A stretch of DNA of 64,000 nt from Spirochaetia bacterium (GTDB lineage: Bacteria; Spirochaetota; Spirochaetia; CADAEX01): the NCBI GenBank assembly GCA_963662265.2, contig CAXXHA010000013.1, forward strand, positions 108,110 through 172,109. Reading direction: 5' to 3'. Shown here piece after piece: positions 20,422-31,200 of the stretch; positions within the stretch are counted from its first letter, which is position 1; the number at the start of each line of letters is the position of its first letter. The position numbers and the translations under genes are program-made. The notes under the pieces were generated by a model that was not told the DNA's origin, did no database searches, and was given only the letters and a program-made list of their open reading frames with translations.

Positions 20422-21642
20422 ATGAAAAAGTTAATTCCTTTTATTATAATACTTCTTATATCTGTATTAATATCATGTAATAACGGAATGGGGGCAGACA
20501 GTTCTGCCGATTCTGCAGATTCTTCCGCTCAGGTAGTAACAGACTCATCAAAAGGTGTTGTTTTTATTGATGAAGAAGGTTCGGAAACTGTTGTAAAGAC
20601 AGAAGAAGACGGTGAAGAGATAATCTGTAAAGAGGTTATCGATTATGTTGTTCTGAATAATGATGAGCCTCTTTCAAAATCATCTGTAAAAGCAATCGGC
20701 CGCAAGAGAGCTATAATCCTTGGCTACCGAAGTGACGGATGTCCCGGCCTCTGGATTGTTTATTCAGGCGGAATAGTCAAACCTGTTGTAAACAGTGAAG
20801 ATATTGAAACTTCCGAGCTTCTTGAAATGGTTGAGGGCAGACAGCCTTTCTTCAAACATTTCGGATGGACATATAATGCTGTTGATATGGCTGTAAACGG
20901 CAATGAGATAGTTATTGCAGGGTATGCTGAAAACAAGGAAGGCTGGTGGATGATAGAGCCGGGAACAACTGTAGGCGTCTACTGGTCAGTTTATGAGGAT
21001 TCAGAAGGATACTATCACATATCAAGGGCAAAGGTTGTCGGCTACAGGGATAATGACTGGTGGAGAAATCTCAAAAAAGAGATGAAGAAGCATGGCTACA
21101 GATACCGCTGGAGATGGCTCAGGTCATTAAGGCTTTTCTTCTTCGGCTGGTATGACAGATACCTTACAATGACAGAATCTGTTGAAGTCGGGGAAAATCC
21201 GGGCGAATACCTTATAAAGGGAACAGATGATGAAGGGGAAGCTGCAGTTGCAACAGTAACCCGGTGGAAGGTGCTTGGTATTGAAAAGGCTCCGGAAGCA
21301 CCTGATAATAACCCTCCATACCCGGTAACAGGCGATAAGAGGTCTCCGTTTGTATCAGAAGTGATTACTCCAATGTATGTTGCAGGGAATTCCAACCCTC
21401 AGTACTATTATCTATATGTAAAACAGGTTGACGGAAAAGATGACCCGGATGATGGCGATATTGTTACATTTGATTCTGACACTCTTCCATCTTACATGGA
21501 GCTTGATAAAGAAACCGGTGTTGTAACTATTACCGGTGCTCCGATTACTACTCAGGTTATAAAATTCTGGACTGTGGATAACCATGGTGCTGACAGCAGC
21601 GAAGAGAGTCTGGAAGTAACTTTCAGGTTTATTGGTAGTTAA
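20422..21642 (+). CDS. Lipoprotein with C-terminal Ig/cadherin-like domain
   Basis: Lipobox LISC; GGAGGTG RBS; C-terminal domain paralogous to the next gene (NxPPY...LD.ETGVVTI). Confidence 0.75.
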   Translation: MKKLIPFIIILLISVLISCNNGMGADSSADSADSSAQVVTDSSKGVVFIDEEGSETVVKTEEDGEEIICKEVIDYVVLNNDEPLSKSSVKAIGRKRAIILGYRSDGCPGLWIVYSGGIVKPVVNSEDIETSELLEMVEGRQPFFKHFGWTYNAVDMAVNGNEIVIAGYAENKEGWWMIEPGTTVGVYWSVYEDSEGYYHISRAKVVGYRDNDWWRNLKKEMKKHGYRYRWRWLRSLRLFFFGWYDRYLTMTESVEVGENPGEYLIKGTDDEGEAAVATVTRWKVLGIEKAPEAPDNNPPYPVTGDKRSPFVSEVITPMYVAGNSNPQYYYLYVKQVDGKDDPDDGDIVTFDSDTLPSYMELDKETGVVTITGAPITTQVIKFWTVDNHGADSSEESLEVTFRFIGS

Positions 21643-21709
21643 TAGATTACAATCGGGGGAGATTTTTACATCATAGTTGAACCGAAGATGTTTATTGGAG
21701 GTCGATTCT

Positions 21710-22135
21710 ATGAGAAAAAGCAATTTCAATTTTATTGCAATAATATTATTGTTTTTACTGTTTTTTATAACCGGATGTTCAGAATCATCCGGTTCTGAAA
21801 ACTCCCCCCCCTACCCGGTAACAGGTGATAATGTTACTCCATTTGTTGCCGAGGATCCTACTCCGGCAGCTTACGTTGCAGGGAATGCTAATGAACAGTA
21901 TTATTACCTTTTCATAGAAAAAGTTGACGGGAAAGAAGACCCTGATGGGGATACTGTATTTTTTAAATCAGAAACACTTCCCGGCTATATGGATCTTAAT
22001 GCTTCAACAGGTGTTGTAACTATTATATCAGCTGACATAACATCAATAAGCATAGATTTCTGGAGTGAAGATGAAAATGGTAATGATACTCAGGATAAGA
22101 AATTCACAGTTTCATTTACTTTTGTAGGTTCATAA
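21710..22135 (+). CDS. Small lipoprotein consisting of one Ig/cadherin-like domain
   Basis: GGAGG at 21697, ATG 21710; lipobox ITGC; clear similarity to the C-terminus of the upstream gene. Confidence 0.75.
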   Translation: MRKSNFNFIAIILLFLLFFITGCSESSGSENSPPYPVTGDNVTPFVAEDPTPAAYVAGNANEQYYYLFIEKVDGKEDPDGDTVFFKSETLPGYMDLNASTGVVTIISADITSISIDFWSEDENGNDTQDKKFTVSFTFVGS

Positions 22136-22275
22136 CTAAATTTGTCGATAATACCCTAAAGTATATTAATTATTATAGTTTTCATTAACTGTAAATTATG
22201 GTGTAGAATGTATTTACTTTAAAAGTAATTGCAAAGGCGCTTGGTGTTAAGTAAAATTAATTACTGGTGGGTTAA

Positions 22276-25200
22276 ATGAAAAAAAATATCATAATCTCTA
22301 TATTTTCTCTATTGTTTCTATTCCCGATAGTTGTATTCTCTCAAACTCTCATTCCCCAGGGGACTGACAACTGGCTTTCTGGTGCAGGTACACCCGGTAG
22401 CGGTGATGTTGATGGTCTTAATGTAGTGTTTTTTGAGATCCCCGATACTGTAACAGGCCCTATTTATTTTGCTATAGAAGATCCTGGAATAGTTGAAGAT
22501 GGGGGAACTCCCGGGACTGCCTTAAATCCGCAGGATCAGTGGATAATTGATGCTGGAGAGAGGATGACTTTCACACTTGTCGGCGGAGATGGTGCATTCA
22601 GTAATCCTGTTTCCAGAAAATATAAATATTCAACAAAGGCAGATGTTTACTCTTCAGGAACCGGGATCCAGCTTGACCAGCATATTTATACACCGGATGC
22701 CGTGGCCGGGGCTTTGAATCCGGAAACAACAGGATGGATTTATTTTAACCCTGTTTATCCTTCTCAGGGTGAACATATCGGTAATAAGTATTATTTTAAA
22801 GTTATTGCTGAAGCCTCAACAGGTGCAAATTTTAAAAACGGCTACAGGTTTGATGCCTCATTAAGCAATGCAGGCAGTCCTACAGGGATTTCCGGGGGAG
22901 AAGCGTTTGCCTATTCATGGTGTGTGCTGTTTAGAGATGATATAGATGATTCATGGGACTTATATCCTTATGTTACCAGAAATGCAGTTCCTCCTGTAGT
23001 CCGTTTTATCGTTGTCGGGTGTTTTGATTTTGACCCATCAGGCGGAGTACCGACAGCTGCGATATATAACAAAGAGCCTGAAGGGGTTCCCTCTGCAATA
23101 ACTGTTGATGGCCCCAGTAATGAGGTTGATAACGGAAGTGTAGAGATAACTGCTGGTGAAGATAACGGCACATGGAGGGTTAGGATTACAGAGACAGGAT
23201 CTGTCGGATATCCTAACACTTCTGAGGTATGGGCATGGGAGAACGGAGCAGCAGAAAATGGAAATACAGTCCCTGATGAATCAACAGATACAATGTACAG
23301 GATTTATTCTGGCTCCTATAATCCGCCGGATCCGCATCATATAGTTGCTGTTGCAGAGGATGGTACTGCAATTGATAATGATTCTGATACAGAAAAAATA
23401 ACATTTCAGGTTGTTGATGATACAGGGACTCCATTGCCGTATAGTGAAAAAATCTGGATAGATTTATCAAGTTATACAGGTGTTACAATTGTTCAGAAAA
23501 ATAATAATGCTGATATTGATAGTCCGACAGCTGTCGGAGCTAACACAACTCTGGTAACGACTGATGTAAGCGGTATAGGCTGGATTACAATAAAGCGAAC
23601 TGACCAGGCAGATAGTACTGTAACTGTTACACCTGTTACAAACGGCGGCAACAGTTCCAGTACTCTTCCCGGAACAAATACAAGTGCAGATGTTTTTTTC
23701 GGCAATATAAATGCTCCAACCATCAGTTCTGCAGGGAATAACGATGAAAACATCAGCCAGTCTGGAACGCCTCTTGAAAATATTGTTATTACTGAAACCG
23801 GGACAGGAGTTACACGTTCCCTGGTTAGCGGGGCTAACATAAGAATCAAACTTCCTTCAGTTCTAACTGATTCTGTATTTTCTGCTCCTGTGCCGACAGC
23901 AACTCCTTCTGGGGGCGGGTTTGCCGGGGTTGTGACAATTGCAGGCAATGTAATTACTGTTCCGATTACAGGGAATTTTGCAAATGGTGATACCCTGACC
24001 CTTTCAGGTATAACCGCAGATACAGGAACTGTTACAGGCAGTGGTAAAATCATTCTTGATTATGACGGCAGTCTGTCATATCTGGTTGAAGATGATAAGG
24101 CGACTTCTGTAAAAAACCCTAATTTGAAGGAGTGGCTTGGATCTGCCGGAACAGGGTGGAATACCCCCGGAAACTGGTCAGGCGGATCTATCCCTGTTGC
24201 AGGTCAGGATGTTGTAATAAGAAATGTTTTAAACCAGCCTGTTCTGGATATTGCAACAACACCGGCCCTTACATCGCTGACTATTGATTCCGGTTCAACA
24301 CTTTCATTGAATGGAAATACGCTGCAGGCGACAACATTTGAAAACCAGGGTACATTAAAGGTTTCCGGAGGAGAAACTGTAACAAATTTTACACTGGATA
24401 CCGATTCAGGTACTGTTGAATATTCAGGTACAGGAAATACAATTGCAGCATGGGGAAATTATTATGACCTTGTGATTTCCGGAGGCACACGTACTCTTTC
24501 AGGAGCTGTAGTTCTCGGCGGAAGTCTTACAATATCAACAGGGGGAACTTTAAACTCAAGTAACCAGGGAATAACTCTTGCAGGCAACTGGAATAATTCC
24601 GGGACTTTTGTGAATACAACCTCTGAGACTGTCACTTTTCAGAACAATTCCGTAAATTCCATTATTTCTGGCAGTACCAGTTTTTATAATCTCGCAGTAC
24701 CTTCTGCAGCAGCAGGTAAGACTATTCTTTTTGAGGACGGATCTACCCAGACTGTCAGAAATGATATATCGATAAACGGTACTTCCGGAAATGAGATAAT
24801 TCTTAAAAGTACAAATCCAGGAACACAGTGGACAATTCAAAATGATACTTCAACTCAGAATATTTCATATATAAATGTTACTGACAGCAATGTTACAGGT
24901 TCAGGAGGAGATCTTTTAGCCAGCAGCAGTACAAATGGCGGTAATAATGATACCGGAGCGAGTCCTGCCTGGAATTTCAATCCTGTATTTACCTGGACAG
25001 GAGGCGGCGGAGCTTCATGGAATACTCCAGGCAGCTGGGATCTTAATACAGTCCCTGTCTTCGGCAGTACTGTTGTTATTCCTGATGTAGGAACTGATCC
25101 GGTTCTTGCAGGAGCTGTAACTGTTAATAACCTTACAATACAGAATCTTGGAATATTATCGCTTAACGGCAATAATCTGACTGTTTCAAATACATTTGAT

Positions 25201-28200
25201 ATTCAGAATAATGGTACTTTACGTTTAATAGGTTCTGAAGCGTCTGTTTCTGTAATTGATACAAATAACGGGACAATTGAGTATATCGGAGGAGCGGCCG
25301 GTCAGAACAGTTATACCGGTCTCCCAACTGCAGCATCTCCCCATAACCATCTTATATTTAATGATACAACAGACGGTGATGATATATGGGCTCTTGGAGC
25401 CGCTCTGAATATTGGCGGTAATTTAACTGTAACAACAGGATCTTTTGATCTTGATGGGAATAATCTTGCAACAGTTACCGGTACTTTTCTTGTTGATACA
25501 AACGGTCAGCTTACTCTGATTGGTAATGAAACAGTTGCTGTTATAAATACAAATAACGGTACTATTAATTATAAAGGAGCTGCTGGTGTAAATAATTACC
25601 CGTCTCTTCCAACTGCAGCATCTCCTCACAATCATGTGATTTTTAATGATATAGCAGATGGAAATGATACCTGGACTCTCGGGGCAGGACTTAATATTGG
25701 TGGTAATCTTTCCCGAACAGCCGGAAATATTTCCGCCGGGGCAAATGCTGTTTCAGTTGCAGGGAATATAATATACACAGCAGGGACTCTTACAAGCACA
25801 GGGCTTGTAACCCTGAACGGAACAGCAGCGCAGAGCGTAAACTTTACAAATGCGACACTTACTGATCTGACATTGAATGCAACAGGTCCTGTGACAGCAG
25901 GAAGCGCGATAAGCTTATCAGGTACTTTAACCCGGACAGCCGGAAACCTAGCAATGGGAGCGAATGCGCTTACAGTGGGGGGGGATGTATCTTACACAGC
26001 CGGAACTCTTACAAGCACGGGACTTGTGACCCTGAACGGGACAGCCGCACAGAGCGTAAACTTTACAAATGCGACACTCGCTGACCTGACACTGAATGCA
26101 ACAGGCCCTGTAACAGCTGCAGGTCCTGTAAATATGAGCGGAACTTTAACCCGGACAGCCGGAAACCTCGCGATGGGAGCAAACACTCTCACAGTGGGTG
26201 GAGATGTATCTTACACAGCAGGGACTCTTACAAGCACGGGGCTTGTGACCCTGAACGGGACAGCCGCACAGAGCGTAAACTTTACAAATGCGACACTTAC
26301 TGATCTGATATTGAATGCAACAGGTCCTGTGACAGCAGGAAGTGCGATAAGCTTATCAGGTACTTTAAGTAGAACAGCTGGAAACCTCGCGATGGGGGCA
26401 AACACTCTCACAGTGGGTGGCGATGTATCTTACACAGCCGGAACTCTTACAAGCACAGGACTTGTGATCCTGAACGGTATAGCAGCGCAGAGTGTAAACT
26501 TTACAAATGCGACACTTACTGACCTGACACTGAATGCAACAGGCCCGGTAACAGCTGCAGGTCCTGTAAATATGAGCGGGACTTTAAGTCGAACAGCCGG
26601 GAATCTCGCGATGGGAGCAAATGCCCTCACAGTAGGCGGAGATGTATCTTACACAGCAGGGACTCTTACAAGCACGGGGCTTGTTACTCTGAACGGAACA
26701 GCCGCGCAGAGTGTAAACTTTACAAATGCGACACTCGCAAATCTAACAATAAATTCAACAGGTCCTGTGACAGCAGGAAGCGCGATAAGCATGAGCGGGA
26801 CTTTAAGTAGAACAGCCGGAAACCTCGCGATGGGGGCAAATAACCTTACAGTGGGTGGAGATATAATATATACAGCCGGTTCTCTAACCTGTTCCGGGAC
26901 ATTGATTCTAAACGGAGCAGTTGCGCAGGCAATTGATTTGAGTAATACAACACTCACAAATATGACTGTAAATAAAACTGCAGGAACAGCAACAGTCAGC
27001 ACAGCTGTAACTTTATCGGGAACTTTAACCCGAACAGCCGGAAACCTCGCGATGGGAGCAAATGCCCTCACAGTGGGTGGCGATGTATCTTACACAGCCG
27101 GAACTCTTACAAGCACAGGGCTTGTAACCCTGAACGGGACAGCAGCACAGAGCGTAAACTTTACAAATGCGACACTTACTGACCTGACATTGAATGCAAC
27201 AGGCCCTGTAACAGCGGCAGGTCCTGTAAATATGAGCGGTACTTTAACCCGGACAGCCGGGAATCTCGCGATGGGAGCAAACACTCTCACAGTGGGTGGA
27301 GATGTATCTTACACAGCAGGGACTCTTACAAGCACGGGACTTGTGACCCTGAACGGGACAGCAGCACAGAGCGTAAACTTTACAAATGCGACACTCACTG
27401 ACCTGACACTGAATGCAACAGGTCCTGTGACAGCAGGAAGCGCGATAAGCTTATCAGGTACTTTAAGTAGAACAGCTGGAAACCTCGCGATGGGAGCAAA
27501 CACTCTCACAGTGGGTGGAGATGTATCTTACACAGCAGGAACTCTTACAAGCACGGGACTTGTGACTCTGAACGGGACAGCAGCGCAGAGCGTAAACTTT
27601 ACAAATGCGACACTTACTGACCTTACACTGAATGCAACAGGCCCTGTAACAGCGGCAGGTCCTGTAAATATGAGCGGGACTTTAATCCGGACAGCCGGAA
27701 ACCTCGCGATGGGAGCAAATGCCCTCACAGTGGGTGGCGATGTATCTTACACAGCCGGAACTCTTACAAGCACGGGACTTGTGACCCTGAACGGGACAGC
27801 AGCGCAGAGTGTAAACTTTACAAATGCGACACTTACTGACCTTACACTGAATGCAACAGGCCCGGTTACAGCGACAGGCCCTGTAAACATGAGCGGGACT
27901 TTAAGTAGAACAGCCGGAAACCTCGCAATGGGAGCAAATGCCCTCACCGTAGGTGGAGATGTCTCATATACAGCCGGAACTCTTACAAGCACAGGGCTTG
28001 TGACCCTGAACGGGACAGCAGCGCAGAGTGTAAACTTTACAAATGCGACACTTACTGACCTTACACTGAATGCAACAGGCCCTGTAACAGCGGCAGGCCC
28101 TGTAAGCATGGGCGGGACTTTAACCCGGACAGCCGGAAACCTCGCGATGGGAGCAAATGCCCTCACAGTAGGCGGCGATGTATCATACACCGCCGGAACT

Positions 28201-31200
28201 CTTACAAGTACGGGACTTGTGACCCTGAACGGGACAGCAGCACAGAGCGTAAACTTTACAAATGCGACACTTAATGACCTGACACTGAATGCAACAGGTC
28301 CTGTAACAGCGGCAGGCCCTGTAAGCATGAGCGGGACTTTAAGTAGAACAGCCGGAAACCTCGCGATGGGGGCAAATAACCTTACAGTAGGCGGAGATAT
28401 AATATATACAGCCGGTTCTCTAACCTGTTCCGGGACATTGATTCTAAACGGAGCAGTTGCACAGGCAATTGATTTGAGTAATACAACACTCTCAAATATG
28501 ACTGTAAATAAAACTGCAGGAACAGCAACAGTCAGCACAGCTGTAACTTTATCGGGAACTTTAACCCGGACAGCCGGAAACCTCGCAATGGGAGCAAATG
28601 CCCTCACAGTAGGTGGAGATGTATCTTACACAGCAGGAACTCTTACAAGCACGGGACTTGTGACCCTGAACGGGACAGCCGCGCAGAGCGTAAACTTTAC
28701 AAATGCGACACTTACTGACCTGACATTGAATGCAACAGGCCCTGTAACAGCGGCAGGTCCTATAAATATGAGCGGGACTTTAACCCGGACAGCCGGAAAC
28801 CTCGCGATGGGAGCAAATGCCCTCACAGTAGGTGGAGATGTATCTTACACAGCAGGGACTCTTACAAGCACGGGACTTGTGACCCTGAACGGGACAGCAG
28901 CGCAGAGCGTAAACTTTACAAATGCGACACTTACTGACCTGACACTGAATGCAACAGGCCCTGTAACAGCGGCAGGCCCTGTAAATATGAGCGGGACTTT
29001 AACCCGGACAGCCGGTAACCTCGTGATGGGAGCAAATGCCCTCACAGTAGGTGGCGATGTATCTTACACAGCCGGAACTCTTACAAGCACAGGGCTTGTG
29101 ACCCTGAACGGGACAGCAGCGCAGAGTGTAAACTTTACAAATGCGACACTAACTGACCTGACACTTAATGCAACAGGCCCTGTAACAGCGGCAGGCCCTG
29201 TAAACATGAGCGGGACTTTAACCCGGACAGCCGGAAACCTCGCAATGGGAGCAAATGCCCTCACAGTAGGTGGAGATGTCTCATACACAGCAGGAACTCT
29301 TACAAGCACAGGGGTAGTGACCCTGAACGGGACAGCAGCGCAGAGTGTAAACTTTACTAATACGACACTCACTGACCTTACACTGAATGCAACAGGCCCT
29401 GTAACAGCTGGGAGTGCAATAAGCTTATCAGGTACTTTAACCCGAACAGCCGGGAATCTTGTAATGGGAGCAAATGCCCTCACAGTAGGTGGCGATGTAT
29501 CATACACAGCAGGAACTCTTACAAGTACGGGACTTGTGACTCTGAACGGGACAGCCGCGCAGAGTGTAAACTTTACAAATGCGACACTAACTGACCTGAC
29601 ACTTAATGCAACAGGCCCTGTAACAGCGGCAGGCCCTGTAAATATGAGCGGAACTTTAACCCGGACAGCTGGAAACCTCGCGATGGGAGGCAATAGCCTT
29701 ACAGTTGGTACCGATATAGTATACACAGCAGGAATGCTCACAAGTACAGGCACGGTATTTCTTAATGGAGCAGCGGCGCAGGCTGTCAATTTTACAAGTA
29801 CAACACTCACTAACATGACAGTAAATAAAACTGCAGGAACTGCAACACTGGGATCAGCAGTTTCATTATCAGGTAATTTAATCATAAATAATGCAGGAAT
29901 TTTTGATCAGAATAATTTCAACATGAATGTGAGTACTAATATTTCGATTTCTGCAGGAGGATTATCTACCGGTGCAGGTAGAATTAATTGCGGAGGTAAC
30001 TGGACAGCAGTAGCGGGAGCAGTTTTTGATTCCGGTACAGGTATTGTCATATTTGACGGAGCTGGTGCTCAGTCCCTGATTTCGGGAGGTGCTGACGGTA
30101 ATCATGATTTTTATAATATAGTAATAAATAAAGGGGGAGGAACTCTCTCTGTAAGCACTAATGAGCTCTTAACCCGGAATTTCTTTCATTTTGCGGGAAC
30201 TCTTGATATATCAAACAGGAGTATAAGAACGACAGGTGATTTTGCCGCATTTGGTGGTGCTTATACTGCTGATGATGGCGGAACAGCTGATATTTTTAAA
30301 TACAATCCGGCACCGGCTTTTATAAGGCCTGCTGCAGTTGATGCAGCATCTGCAGCTGTTACTGCCCTTATTGATGAGGAAGTTGTTCATTCTGCGGCTT
30401 TTGCAAATCTTGACGGGGCTACTATACGTACTGACAGGAATTTTTATATAAATGGAGCGGATATGCCTTCTACTGTAAACTGGACGTTGCAGGTAAGAGA
30501 TAACAAAGATGGTTTAACATATTTCGCGGAAGTCTATAACTCTATAGTTGATAACAGCCAGGTTGCTGTAAACCCGTCAGATCTGCCTGCGGGAAGTGCC
30601 GGAAATATTGCTGCTGCTGAAAATGTAACTGCGAATTTATGTAGTGCCGAATGGCGGACTGTCCGTACATCTATTGTAGATGCAGGAACTTATACTGTTT
30701 TTGATGATATTATCCGTGTGCAGTTCAGCGAGGCAATTGAAAATACTAACAATGAAATATCAGCTGCTGTAGGAGATATTTTTCTTACTGCATTTGCAAC
30801 TCCATTTACCGGGACTTTTACAGATGCGGCATGTACAATTTCAACAGATACAGTTGATGATATAAATACTTTTTACTTACAGATTACAACAAATCCATGG
30901 AATACAGATGCAAAGGATTTATCATCCGGTGCTGCCGGAAGTACTGATCGTGACGGAACAGTCCGTGGAAATATACCTCAGATTCACTTTAGAAAGCATT
31001 TGGCAGGTCTATATTATACTTTACGGGACCAGTATAAAAACCGCCTTGGGACAACAAGTTTCCAGTCAGTGGATGATCAGTGTAAACCTGTTCTCTATAG
31101 AATTGATATTGACAGGCAGGCGCATGCGAAGCCTATTACCCATCTGGCAGACGGACATAACCTTTTCAGGCTTTACTATTCAGAACCTGTTCATATAGGT

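Noticed and set aside
25711-29880. CRISPR array or DGR template/variable repeat
   Set aside because: Units are contiguous in-frame coding repeats without unique spacers; differences are mostly synonymous rather than adenine-specific; no cas or reverse transcriptase gene in the window
25711-29880. Ice-binding or ice-nucleation protein suggested by TxT motifs
   Set aside because: No InaZ-type octapeptide or DUF3494 pattern; Thr richness is generic to beta-helical stalks
25992-29885. Series of 66-286 aa minus-strand ORFs
   Set aside because: Antisense shadows of the 219-bp coding repeat; no RBS or independent signal
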